Origin: Bdellovibrionota bacterium
Lineage (GTDB): Bacteria; Bdellovibrionota_C; UBA2361; JBIKWN01
Assembly (NCBI GenBank): GCA_044356295.1
Contig: JBIKWN010000006.1
Location: 1-64,000, forward strand
Reading direction: 5' to 3'
Length of the DNA: 64,000 bases
Shown here piece by piece: positions 1 through 9,665 of the stretch. A model generated the notes under the pieces. It ran no database searches, had not been told where the DNA came from, and was given only the letters and a program-made list of their open reading frames with translations. The position numbers and the translations under genes were made by a program. Every line of letters begins with the position of its first letter. The first letter of the stretch is position 1.

Positions 1-1
1 T

Positions 2-592
2 GATATTAAAGTTATTGGATATCCAATTGAAACTAAAGTTACCAACAAAACATTTCATGAAAGAGCTCATATGCTTTTTATTGGAGCATTCCATGATGAT
101 GACGCTCCAAATGTTGATGCAGTATACTGGTTTGTAAAAGAAGTTCTTCCTCTCATCAATAAAGACAGAAATATCCCAATAAAACTTTCAATTGCAGGGA
201 CCTGTAATTCTGCAAAAATTAAAACCCTAGAAAGTTCCACAGTTGAAGTTTTAGGCTACATCGACGACATTACTACTCTTTGCAATCAATATCGGTTTCT
301 GATCTCTCCAATAAGGTTTGCAGCTGGAATCCCATTGAAAGCAATTCAAGCTGCCTCGGTTGGACTTCCAGTTATAGGAACAACACTGATCTCACTATTA
401 TTAGAGTGGAAAAATGAAAAGGAAATGCTGGCAGCAGACACCCCGAGCGAATTTGCGAATGCCTGCCTTCGTCTTTACCAAGATGAGAATCTTTGGACAA
501 ACCTTCAATCAAATGGATACAGAGCAGTTAAAAATTCCTATTCAAAATCGTCTGCTAAAGAAGTTCTTAAGGAGATTTTTTTTCATAACTGA
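2..592 (+). CDS. Glycosyltransferase (GT4/GT-B fold), C-terminal part; gene begins before the window
   Basis: Frame is open from the window edge (DIKVIGYP...). Motifs FIGAF..H, PN.DAV.WF, P.RFAAG...K..QA...GLPVI.T are typical of glycosyltransferase group 1 C-termini. Confidence 0.8.
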   Translation, partial: DIKVIGYPIETKVTNKTFHERAHMLFIGAFHDDDAPNVDAVYWFVKEVLPLINKDRNIPIKLSIAGTCNSAKIKTLESSTVEVLGYIDDITTLCNQYRFLISPIRFAAGIPLKAIQAASVGLPVIGTTLISLLLEWKNEKEMLAADTPSEFANACLRLYQDENLWTNLQSNGYRAVKNSYSKSSAKEVLKEIFFHN

Positions 593-600
593 AAAATAAT

Positions 601-613
601 GGTGAGCGTCCCC
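601..613. repeat. REP-like repeat, family B (GGTGAGCGTCCCC)
   Basis: Exact reverse complement of GGGGACGCTCACC at 1897-1909 and 39074-39086. Confidence 0.7.
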
Positions 614-621
614 TAAAATCC

Positions 622-1737
622 CTAATATTCACCGGCTCCCTGATTCCCATTTTCATTTAAAAGATAATATCTACCGCCAGGAGTCGGTGCACTGGCTCCG
701 TATACTCTAACTAAAAGCTGTAACTTGCCTTGTGCATTTTTAATAACTTTCATAACTTCTCGAATTTTCATAGTTGAAGGGATAGCAACAGCACTATTTG
801 AAATAACGCCTGAATTATTTAAATTCAATATTGTTCCGTTCTGAAAAAGCACCCCTTCAGAAGGTAGAGTCCCAGTATATTTGTATCCTGCACCAATCGA
901 ATCCTCATCCTTAAGAAGAGTAGAAATCACAACAGACTCATTTTTTGAGCCTCCCGAATATCGATACAGTATTGATTCAGGCGTTGCAACCAAAGCCTCG
1001 GTCCGATTATTTCTAGTCACATTAATCGCAGCAGTACCCTCGTTATTAAGATCAGATAGAGAAATTGTATACCCTCTTCCAAGATCTTGTTCGAGGGAGG
1101 TAAAACTTGTCATTTGATCCTGTAAGTATGAAATAATAGGAATCCCTTTTTGACTCATCGAAAGAATTAATCCTTTTTCATTTGAAGCAAAGGCTAAACC
1201 TTGACTCATCCACGATGCATTACCGGGCAAAGGGATACCAAAAGACGAATTACTGGGATTATATATATTCGTTGTATTTGCAATTGGGGCTTTAAATCTT
1301 TGATTGTTAATTAATGTCACATTGGTATATTGATTTGCACCAACGGGTAGAGGTAATACATTAAATTGTCCTGCAGAAGTACATTCATAAGTTCTCTTGT
1401 TCTGTTGCATATCTGAATGAGATGAATATATTGACCCATTCCCTAAGATGACTGCTGGAAAAGGATTTCTATTGAGGGTTGAAAGGGTGCTACATTTTGC
1501 AACTGCAGCAGAATCCCCTACTCTCCAAGTTCCAATTGCAGTCAGTGAAACAGTTCCAACCGCAACACCATCATCATTCATTGTACTTGGAGAAAAATTT
1601 GTCGGAAGGCGTACTGCTGTAAAAGTTTGAGCTGATACCGTATGGGGAAGAATTAAGCAGGAAAATATAAAAGCTGCCCCTAAATACTTATTCATCGATG
1701 ATGACTCCAATAAAAAATCTAGAAGAGACATCGACAC
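622..1737 (-). CDS. Secreted hypothetical protein, possibly with degenerate HAF-like beta-propeller repeats (true start may be ATG at 1695)
   Basis: Signal peptide ending HTVSA-Q; recurring (L/M/S)N..G motifs (TMNDDGVAVG, ASNEKGLIL, DLNNEGTAA). Confidence 0.55.
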   Translation of the reverse strand: MSMSLLDFLLESSSMNKYLGAAFIFSCLILPHTVSAQTFTAVRLPTNFSPSTMNDDGVAVGTVSLTAIGTWRVGDSAAVAKCSTLSTLNRNPFPAVILGNGSIYSSHSDMQQNKRTYECTSAGQFNVLPLPVGANQYTNVTLINNQRFKAPIANTTNIYNPSNSSFGIPLPGNASWMSQGLAFASNEKGLILSMSQKGIPIISYLQDQMTSFTSLEQDLGRGYTISLSDLNNEGTAAINVTRNNRTEALVATPESILYRYSGGSKNESVVISTLLKDEDSIGAGYKYTGTLPSEGVLFQNGTILNLNNSGVISNSAVAIPSTMKIREVMKVIKNAQGKLQLLVRVYGASAPTPGGRYYLLNENGNQGAGEY

Positions 1738-1896
1738 AAAAATTATATTCTTTAAGGAATCAATCGATCGAGCTTCAAATACTCATAATTCAGAATCTCA
1801 ATCATCAGGGGCTACTAATCAAGCATAATCAATGTAAAAATATCCCTTAAATGATGAGATAACATATAAGAATTTTTACTATCTCACAGACATACC

Positions 1897-1916
1897 GGGG
1901 ACGCTCACCTTTATAA
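1897..1916. repeat. REP-like repeat, family B (GGGGACGCTCACCTTTATAA)
   Basis: 20/20 identical to 39074-39093. Confidence 0.75.
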
Positions 1917-1942
1917 CCTATTGATTTTTTTAAAGAGAATTT

Positions 1943-2206
1943 ATGACAAAAGAAACTTCAATACCATTTTTTTACCTTATATTTATCTTAACTTTATCAA
2001 CAAATCCTTCTCACGCTGAGCAAACCAAGTACTCAGTCTACTGCACGAATAACAAAATAGAAGTTAATATGCGAACTATAGAACAAATGAAATCAGCACG
2101 TGGAAGTGATGTTTGCCAATTCGGGCAATTCACTTCTCTTTCAGCCGCGCAAAGCTTCGCAAGGAAACAGTTTGGTGGCTCGGGGCAACGTTGTACTTGT
2201 GATTAA
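1943..2206 (+). CDS. Small secreted Cys-containing hypothetical protein
   Basis: Signal peptide ending SHA-E; four Cys in the mature part. Confidence 0.6.
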   Translation: MTKETSIPFFYLIFILTLSTNPSHAEQTKYSVYCTNNKIEVNMRTIEQMKSARGSDVCQFGQFTSLSAAQSFARKQFGGSGQRCTCD

Positions 2207-2209
2207 TAT

Positions 2210-3157
2210 TTATTCTTTTGCAGGAAATGATTCCTCTTCTAACTGCAGATCAATAAATTGAGCATTGTTTCTTTTTGAAAGTACATTGAAAGAGCTCTTT
2301 ATATTACGAAATGCATCTGCAATAACTTCATGTTTTGAAAGCTTAAACGGAAACGGTTTTTCACGGTTGAAAAATTCATTGAGCATTGAAATTGCCAAAG
2401 GCATATTTTTTATAACCGGTTTTACGGCATGAATAAAAACAAAAACTCTTCCGTATTGTCTATCACAAAACGAAAGGAAGTCTTTTCCGAACCCGACATG
2501 ATGGGCTTCATCGGCTTTAAAATGTCCAATTCCTTTACGCAATCCTGGCAGAACTTTTTGCTCGTCATCTGTTGGGATTTCATCTAGTGCTTTAAAGAGC
2601 GCTGTAAAAGCAGGCACTGCCACTGTATTTTCAACAAAAGCAGTATAGATTGATACTGCCTCAAGAGCATGCTCAACGCGCTTCTTGTTATCTAGTTTTG
2701 CCATAGCACCGTGTAATACCTGATCAAAGATTTTTTGATATTTAGGTGCACCTGATAAGTCGAGATCTCTTGTATCCACGCCGCAAACTTCCTCAAGATA
2801 CCTCTTTGAAAATGCTGCATGACTTGCTTCTTCAGGAATCCAAATTGTAGATATAAATTTTGCAAATGAAGAATCTGGTCCATATTGGTATGCGAAATAA
2901 TTTAAAATAGACTCAAGCTCTTTTTCTACTGCATCTTCACCGTACAGATTCTGAATTAAAAATCTCTTTAAAACTCTTTGTTGATCTAGATTGAGCGTTG
3001 AAAACTGTTCTTTATCCTTAGACAGATCAATAGTAAATGGATCCCATGAACGTTTATGTGCAACATCGATACGACGCTGTGTTTTATTATTAAATCTCTC
3101 GTGTGGTGAATTTGAACGAGACGTTGGGATTTCCGTTTTGAGCTCTGCTTGATGCAT
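2210..3157 (-). CDS. Ferritin-like ribonucleotide reductase R2-family protein, most like R2-like ligand-binding oxidase (R2lox)
   Basis: WDP..IDLSKD, GEDAV, EEASH, Y..FVE and LPGL...KADEAHHVGFG give the complete di-metal ligand set (E, ExxH, E, ExxH). Confidence 0.75.
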   Translation of the reverse strand: MHQAELKTEIPTSRSNSPHERFNNKTQRRIDVAHKRSWDPFTIDLSKDKEQFSTLNLDQQRVLKRFLIQNLYGEDAVEKELESILNYFAYQYGPDSSFAKFISTIWIPEEASHAAFSKRYLEEVCGVDTRDLDLSGAPKYQKIFDQVLHGAMAKLDNKKRVEHALEAVSIYTAFVENTVAVPAFTALFKALDEIPTDDEQKVLPGLRKGIGHFKADEAHHVGFGKDFLSFCDRQYGRVFVFIHAVKPVIKNMPLAISMLNEFFNREKPFPFKLSKHEVIADAFRNIKSSFNVLSKRNNAQFIDLQLEEESFPAKE

Positions 3158-3259
3158 CCGAATATAATACGATATCGATTGTATCTACTCAAAAATACTA
3201 TTTCTGAAAATCACAGCAGGATAGAAAGTTTTTCTTGATAGCTACAGAGCTCAAGACCG

Positions 3260-4228
3260 TTAAGCTGTCGTCTCCCAATAGTTATGATCCTTAAGAATTT
3301 TTAAAGCATACCGCAAACACTCTGCCGGCACCCCTCTTCCACTTCGAATCGCTCTATCAAGTTTTCCAGGGCCCCAGTTATAAGCAATAAGGGTCAATAA
3401 TCGATTGCCAGCATACATACCTTCTAATTCACGGAGGTATTGAATGCCTAATTTAATATTCACTTGAGGATCTGAAAGCCTCACCGCTTGCGGAAAATCA
3501 GATTCACTTTTTGCAGCCAGATATTTACCTGTAGCAGGCATAATCTGCATCAATCCTTGCGCCCCGACACTTGAAACTGCAAGTTCATTAAATGCGCTCT
3601 CTGATTTAATAACAGCAGCCACAAATAAAGGATCATATCCCTGTATCATCGCTTCATTGACAATTGAACGAGCTAAACGAGGTGCCTGAGATTGCTTCTT
3701 ATTTGTAGTTGAAATAATTCTTAGCACTTGCTGCACAAGACTTTCAGGCGAACGTTGATAAATCCGTTTTATCGATTCCATTCGGACTTGATTATCTTTT
3801 GGAGTACTTGTAAAGAATTCTCTGATTGATTCTTGTTCCTTTGTTGATATCCGATCATCGAACGAGAGCTCATCGGTCAAAATAATATCATCAAAATAAC
3901 TCTCCATTAATTTCGGAGCTACACGATGGGCTGCCATTTGAAGTTTATTTTTTGCAGTAGTTACATCCATCAATGCAGCAATCACCATAGCCGAGATTAG
4001 AATTACTGCACTTATAACCTGCAGAAAGGCTTTCCTATTTTGATCCAATGAAGCAATGCGAATAATTGAAAATGGCGCTTTTTGTTCGCGTATTTCAGTT
4101 ATAAGAGGAACGTTGGATGAAAGAATACATTGCGGTTCTTTTGATGAGGGCAACAAAACACCTCGTTTACCAACTTTCTGTGGCTCAGGTTCGGACTGAA
4201 ATCGTTCAATTATCGCCAAAGAATACAT
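3260..4228 (-). CDS. Lytic transglycosylase (SLT domain) with N-terminal membrane anchor
   Basis: ES.F, GA.GLMQIMP.T and AYNWG motifs; AGGAGG RBS immediately before ATG 4228. Confidence 0.85.
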   Translation of the reverse strand: MYSLAIIERFQSEPEPQKVGKRGVLLPSSKEPQCILSSNVPLITEIREQKAPFSIIRIASLDQNRKAFLQVISAVILISAMVIAALMDVTTAKNKLQMAAHRVAPKLMESYFDDIILTDELSFDDRISTKEQESIREFFTSTPKDNQVRMESIKRIYQRSPESLVQQVLRIISTTNKKQSQAPRLARSIVNEAMIQGYDPLFVAAVIKSESAFNELAVSSVGAQGLMQIMPATGKYLAAKSESDFPQAVRLSDPQVNIKLGIQYLRELEGMYAGNRLLTLIAYNWGPGKLDRAIRSGRGVPAECLRYALKILKDHNYWETTA

Positions 4229-4383
4229 GCCTCCTAATATGATAGTCGTCACTTTGCCCCAATTTGCTTCAGTTTAACGGCATATTTTTTTGCCCTTACT
4301 AATTAAAAAATGCTAAAGATATAGACATGTTAGCTCTGCAGTGATAGTCTCTGGCACTCATTTACGGATTTTCACCCTCCAAA

Positions 4384-6450
4384 ATGTCCACAAAATCGTT
4401 TAGTCAACTCAAAAGCCAACTCGACCCTGATTTTCCTCAACATTCAATTGTAATGTACGAGCACGAGGGTGCACCCCACAGTGGCTTTGTTACGGGAACC
4501 AAGAGAGATAGATATGTTGTTTTTAGTGACGATCTAATAGAAATTGAACTAACCAAACCAAGGCTGCACAGTGTACCGATGGCAGGGCATCCTGCTATTT
4601 CCACTGAATCTGAGCGTAAAGATTTTTTTAAGAATTTAAAAAAATTCGAAATCCCTTCTCTGATTTCCTGTTGGGAAAAAGTTGCCGATCAAGAAAAAGT
4701 TTTTCACGTCGCTGATCTTACCAAGCTCATTCTTGGGCAAGTAACTCCATTTGGCTACATCACGCTTCGCTCATTACTTATAAAGGATAGAGTTTATTTT
4801 AAAAGAGACACACTTGGATTTGCTCCACGAAAAAAACAAGAGCTCGACGCATTGATTGCTAAAGAGAAAGAACGGCATCAGAAACAGGTACTGTTTGAAT
4901 CAACTGCAGAATTTTTAAAGTCCCGCGCTAAAGATACCTCACTTCCTATCCCCGATCAGTGTTTAGAAACTATTGAGCTTTTAAAATTGATTGCTTCTGG
5001 TGCAGAGCTTCATCATGAAGATGAGCGAGCAGACGATGTGCATTTTCTTTTGCATTTACTCGAAAAGAATTTTCCCTCTGACTATCTAGGAAGGACAAAT
5101 GAAAGAGCTCATTTTGCCCTTTCAAAAGCTGGACTTGTTTCTGAATACACAAATTATGCACTGATTCGCCATAATCCACGTACCACATTCAGTCCAGCTT
5201 TGATTGAAGAAGCTACTAAGATGAAAGCACCTCAGTCTTTTCATGAATATTCTGATAATTCAATCCGTGAAGATTTTACAGCTCAAGCCAGTTTTACGAT
5301 TGATGATGCAACAACAAAAGATATGGATGATGCTCTGTTTCTTGAGCAGACAGATGAAGGATACCGTGTCTATGTTCACATTACTGACGTTTCATACTTT
5401 GTAAAAAAAGATAGTCCTCTTGATAAAGAAGCAAAACTTCGTGCAACTTCAATTTACTGTCCTGAATCAAAGATCCCAATGTTTCCTGATGCAATCAGCA
5501 GCGAAACATGCAGCTTAAAAATCGATCAAGTACGACCCGCAATTTCAGTTGTCTTTGACGTAGATCATACCTATCAAATTACCTCAGCGGATCTCATACC
5601 ATCCGTTGTTAAAATTGCTCGGCGCCTGGATTATCCAGAAGTTGACCTTCTTATTCACCACTCAGATCATACTTTTGAAGTTCTGCACCAAATTGCAGCT
5701 CTTCATGAAGGCAATCGTCTTTCATCTGGTGCAACACCAGTCATCAAAAGAGAAGTACAACCAATCGTTAAAGCTGGTAATAAAGTTTCTATAGAAGTAG
5801 TAGATGAGCAAAGTCCCGCCCGAGCCCTGATCGGTGAAATGATGGTACTTGCTAACATTGTGATGGCAAACTTTTTAAACGCGAATGAAATCCCTGCACT
5901 ATACCGATCGCAAGATGTTCCAGATGATGATGGTAAAGATCTATCTAAAATACCTGAAGGTCCTGCAAGAGACTACGTCGAACGAGGCAGGCTTAAACGT
6001 TCACAGATTCTTACAGTGCCGCGCTATCATGCAACACTTGGAACGAAAGCATATATTCAATGCACTTCTCCGATACGAAGATATCTTGATCTAGTTCTAC
6101 AGAGACAAATTATAAGCTTCTTTAAAGACGAGCCTATCCCGTATTCCGAAAAAGCTCTGCAAGAATTACAACCACTTTTGGATGAGCCAATTACAAAAGC
6201 ACAACTTATCTCTCGTGAATCAAAACGATTCTGGATGTTTCATTATATGAAACAGAACTTCTCTAAAGATAAAAAGATCTCAGGGACTGTAGTAAGAATT
6301 GATACGAAATTTCCAATGGTCGAATTAGACGAAGTCTTTATGATAGTTGCTGCAAAGATTAGAAATCCGAAATTAGGCATGAAGCTTAATTTACGATTAG
6401 AAAAATTAGATATCTTTAATGATTTTCTTCGATTCGAAGAATGTAAATAA
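4384..6450 (+). CDS. rnb: Ribonuclease II/RNB-family 3'-5' exoribonuclease
   Basis: FTIDD.TTKDMDDAL catalytic motif, HITDV, E.MVLAN, TSPIRRY.DL. Confidence 0.85.
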   Translation: MSTKSFSQLKSQLDPDFPQHSIVMYEHEGAPHSGFVTGTKRDRYVVFSDDLIEIELTKPRLHSVPMAGHPAISTESERKDFFKNLKKFEIPSLISCWEKVADQEKVFHVADLTKLILGQVTPFGYITLRSLLIKDRVYFKRDTLGFAPRKKQELDALIAKEKERHQKQVLFESTAEFLKSRAKDTSLPIPDQCLETIELLKLIASGAELHHEDERADDVHFLLHLLEKNFPSDYLGRTNERAHFALSKAGLVSEYTNYALIRHNPRTTFSPALIEEATKMKAPQSFHEYSDNSIREDFTAQASFTIDDATTKDMDDALFLEQTDEGYRVYVHITDVSYFVKKDSPLDKEAKLRATSIYCPESKIPMFPDAISSETCSLKIDQVRPAISVVFDVDHTYQITSADLIPSVVKIARRLDYPEVDLLIHHSDHTFEVLHQIAALHEGNRLSSGATPVIKREVQPIVKAGNKVSIEVVDEQSPARALIGEMMVLANIVMANFLNANEIPALYRSQDVPDDDGKDLSKIPEGPARDYVERGRLKRSQILTVPRYHATLGTKAYIQCTSPIRRYLDLVLQRQIISFFKDEPIPYSEKALQELQPLLDEPITKAQLISRESKRFWMFHYMKQNFSKDKKISGTVVRIDTKFPMVELDEVFMIVAAKIRNPKLGMKLNLRLEKLDIFNDFLRFEECK

Positions 6451-6474
6451 ACAGTTCCTGAGCTTCAACTACTC

Positions 6475-6648
6475 TTAGTGAAGTACAACGTCAGATTCAG
6501 TTTCCATTTGCTCTGGCGAGCCGCACACTTCTGCAATCACATTAAAAGCACGTGCAAGGGTTTGAAGATCCCCAATTTCAAGTTCAATGATTTCTAGTGC
6601 TTTTTGTTTTTGGCTTTCAGCTGTCTGATTTTTGAACTTTCTCATCAT
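6475..6648 (-). CDS. Small hypothetical protein (start probably ATG 6648 or 6645)
   Basis: ORF with AGGGA RBS and an upstream sigma28-like promoter. Confidence 0.4.
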   Translation of the reverse strand: MMRKFKNQTAESQKQKALEIIELEIGDLQTLARAFNVIAEVCGSPEQMETESDVVLH

Positions 6649-6682
6649 ATCCCTTTTAGTAAGCATTCCGCGTACCAAGATA

Positions 6683-6709
6683 AGTTCGGCTCGCTGAGAC
6701 GTTAGCTTA
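6683..6709 (-). promoter_or_regulatory. Sigma28 (FliA)-like promoter
   Basis: Minus strand TAAG-N15-GCCGAACT versus consensus TAAA-N15-GCCGATAA. Confidence 0.5.
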
Positions 6710-6901
6710 AGGGCTCAGATGTAAAAAATTTGTATCAAGACTCTGTACAAATTTGAACAAGGCTTTGTTTTCAGGGGGTTATAAGCCTGATGGAAAGAGT
6801 TATTTTTCTTATGTAAAAAATCCTGTCAAAAATTATTCAGCGTTCACCAGGCAATAATTACTCTCGCGAGAAAGGAATGTCACAAAAATAACACCAAAGA
6901 G

Positions 6902-7609
6902 CTATAAATCTGGCAGCTGCACTCTGAAGAGAAAACCTATTATCGATAGGTCCGTTTGCCCCTGGGAACGATTCGCTTGATCTCCCCAGTACAGATCTGC
7001 ATTAAAGGTTGAAGAGAATTTATAATTCACCCCAACCAATGAGCGTAATCTGTACCAATCACTAATTGAATCATCATAAAAACCTTCGAAGTTAACAAAG
7101 GGAGTTATCTTTTCATCCATAAAAAGATTAGTTAGTTCAAAACCTATTCTAGGACGGAGCTCCCACCTATCAATGCGACTCGATCTATACTGCCTTTCAA
7201 ACCTCATACGGTACGTATAGGTTAACCATTCATTCTGTTTAATACGACCAGTATGATCCAATAGTAATCGTTGTTGTTGTTCGACATCTCCTATTTTTTG
7301 TGACCTATTAAGATCTATCCATGTAGCAGTAAATCTATATTCTGGATAAAATTCATAGCCAAGATATCCACCTTGTCTCTCATCAAACAAAGTCCCACGC
7401 TCTCGTCCGATCCTGCTAACATTTATATATCCATAGTTAAAATTGGAACCGTATTGAGGTAATCCGATTAAAGTCTCTGTCCAGATTTGGCTATCTGTAT
7501 TTCGCGTCTGGCTAGATGCTGAAGTGATATAGATAAAGAAGATCAATGCTATACATAAAAATCTATTGATGAATAAATTGAAATTGGAGTTTTGGTGCCG
7601 CACCTCCAA
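6902..7609 (-). CDS. DUF2490-like outer-membrane beta-barrel protein
   Basis: Signal peptide, D.Q.W, R.RFE.Q, R.R.R, PFV..E.F, R...G..Y patterns. Confidence 0.65.
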   Translation of the reverse strand: MEVRHQNSNFNLFINRFLCIALIFFIYITSASSQTRNTDSQIWTETLIGLPQYGSNFNYGYINVSRIGRERGTLFDERQGGYLGYEFYPEYRFTATWIDLNRSQKIGDVEQQQRLLLDHTGRIKQNEWLTYTYRMRFERQYRSSRIDRWELRPRIGFELTNLFMDEKITPFVNFEGFYDDSISDWYRLRSLVGVNYKFSSTFNADLYWGDQANRSQGQTDLSIIGFLFRVQLPDL

Positions 7610-7685
7610 ACTCTATAGGAAACAACACATCTATGTCCAATGCGGGATGATAAAGAACAATAATAGAATTATTTTCGTGTGGGGA

Positions 7686-8288
7686 CTAAGATGCGCTTAC
7701 AGCAAGAACAACAGCAGCATTCTCTTCATCACTTTCAACCCCTGCAACCATAGTCTCACCTTTCGCAAAGTTCATACGGGTATCAAGTAATGTTGAACCA
7801 TTTAAATCCGACCAACGAAGCCACAACGTAACATTCTGGTCAGTCATATCAACGGCTCGTAAACAAAGTTTTTGTCCATTAGAGAGTCTTACTGAACTTT
7901 TCGCACGAAGCTCAATTGTATCTGACTCTTCCGAGATTAATCGAAAATTTTGGAACGGCAGCAACTGAAGTTTTGAGCGAATATCTTCAAGACGCTGATC
8001 AAATAATGCGTCTTCACTACGAATTTCACCTTCGTTTAAAGGCACCTGTGCATAAACGGCACGAATTGAGATCTGAATCTGTGGTGCTGCATTTTCAGGA
8101 GCTTCTGTCTCTGGAGAGGTTGATTGAAAAAGTGTTTGAGGATTAGGATTAACACTAACTTTAGACTGTAAGGATGCAGGATAGATAGATGTAGTGAGAG
8201 GATCCGCATCAACACGTTGTACAAAAGGACAAGCAAAAAGAAACGTAGCAATCAAACAAGACTGAGTAACGGTTACAACGTAGTTCAT
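7686..8288 (-). CDS. Exported hypothetical protein, third gene of the ECF sigma operon
   Basis: Signal-like N-terminus; starts 2 nt after the anti-sigma gene. Confidence 0.6.
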   Translation of the reverse strand: MNYVVTVTQSCLIATFLFACPFVQRVDADPLTTSIYPASLQSKVSVNPNPQTLFQSTSPETEAPENAAPQIQISIRAVYAQVPLNEGEIRSEDALFDQRLEDIRSKLQLLPFQNFRLISEESDTIELRAKSSVRLSNGQKLCLRAVDMTDQNVTLWLRWSDLNGSTLLDTRMNFAKGETMVAGVESDEENAAVVLAVSAS

Positions 8289-8290
8289 AT

Positions 8291-8920
8291 TTAACGATCC
8301 TTCATTACTATTCCGTGAGTATTTCTCTCAAGAATAGGCATTGTAGTTAAACGTGATGATTTACGCTTTACATAAATTACAGGGGCACTTCCTTGTTCGC
8401 TTGGCATAACAGTCACTCGACGACCATTATTACTGCGCATCCAATCGACCTCCATAGCCGTTGGAATTCGATTCACACTTGATCCAAAAGATATAAGAGA
8501 TGAACCTTGGGGATTAAACTTTACGAAAGAACTTGTTTTTTCATGAGGAACAATCATAAAAAGTAACAATGCCATCACTGCGCCAGAGATTCCGTATTTC
8601 GCAAATGAAGGGATAACATCAAGAATTGAATGAAGTCCAACGCGCCCACGATTCCTTCTGCCACCAGATAACAATAAAGATTTATCCTCTTGGTGCAGCC
8701 TAGAACTAATACGAGACCATAAAGCGACCGGAGCAAAATCAAAATTTTCTCTTAAGATTCTTCTGGTAGATTCAAGAGATTCAAGATAGGTAATCGCTGA
8801 CCGACTTTTTTCAACAAGGCGATAAACACGGTATCGTTCAAAAAAATTACACTCTTCATCAAAATACTTCGAAAGAAGCATCTCTTCTTTTTCTGAAAGC
8901 GTTTTCTGGTTTTTATCCAT
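8291..8920 (-). CDS. Putative anti-sigma factor (RseA-like)
   Basis: LLS.YFD.E N-terminal motif and one TM helix; ATG 8920 overlaps the ECF sigma stop. Confidence 0.65.
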   Translation of the reverse strand: MDKNQKTLSEKEEMLLSKYFDEECNFFERYRVYRLVEKSRSAITYLESLESTRRILRENFDFAPVALWSRISSRLHQEDKSLLLSGGRRNRGRVGLHSILDVIPSFAKYGISGAVMALLLFMIVPHEKTSSFVKFNPQGSSLISFGSSVNRIPTAMEVDWMRSNNGRRVTVMPSEQGSAPVIYVKRKSSRLTTMPILERNTHGIVMKDR

Positions 8921-9566
8921 ACACTGCCTGCTTAACATTCGATTTCTCATTACTAAAATTTTTCTCTGGTATCTGAATACCAACTTCATGCGAATCCGGG
9001 CGAATCTCTTGGAGAGCCACTTGAAGCTTTTTCCTTGCATAGTGAAGTCGACTCATCACAGTTCCAAGAGTGGAGCCTGTCACTTTTGCAATCTCTTCAT
9101 AACTTAAGCCATCTATCTCACGGAGCACAATAACGGCACGATGTTCTTCTGTTAGCTGTGCAAGGGCAACATTAATTAACCTTGATTGCTCTTTTCGATA
9201 CATCTGATCAGAAGGAGTTTCAGCTTCAGGAACTGAAGCAGTCACCTTACCCTGTTCAATATCGGTCAGTTCATGTTTATCGCCTCCACGTCTGGCAGCT
9301 CTTCTTTTCCAATCAATCGCAAGGTTAAAAGATATACGATACAACCACGTATAAAATGAGGACTGTCCACGAAAACTTCCAAGTGATGAATATGCTTTCA
9401 CAAAACTTTCTTGAACAATATCTTCAGCATCTTCTCGTGATCGTATTATTTGAGCGACAAGTCGCAACATCTTACTCTGGTATCTTTCAACCAAAACTCT
9501 AAAAGCCTCACGGTCTCCCTGAGAACTTTCTCGGATTAAATCCTGCTCGTCGTTAAATGCATTCAT
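8913..9566 (-). CDS. rpoE: ECF sigma factor (RpoE-like)
   Basis: AEDIVQESFVKAY, SSFYTWLYRI and LSYEEIA...GTVMSRL (regions 2 and 4). Confidence 0.85.
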   Translation of the reverse strand: MNAFNDEQDLIRESSQGDREAFRVLVERYQSKMLRLVAQIIRSREDAEDIVQESFVKAYSSLGSFRGQSSFYTWLYRISFNLAIDWKRRAARRGGDKHELTDIEQGKVTASVPEAETPSDQMYRKEQSRLINVALAQLTEEHRAVIVLREIDGLSYEEIAKVTGSTLGTVMSRLHYARKKLQVALQEIRPDSHEVGIQIPEKNFSNEKSNVKQAVYG

Positions 9567-9665
9567 CGTTAACTTTTGAATCTGACGTATAATTATACAG
9601 TAATATTCGATAATACTTTGATTTGTTGATAAGCATTGTAAGACACTAGAATTATTGACTAAATA

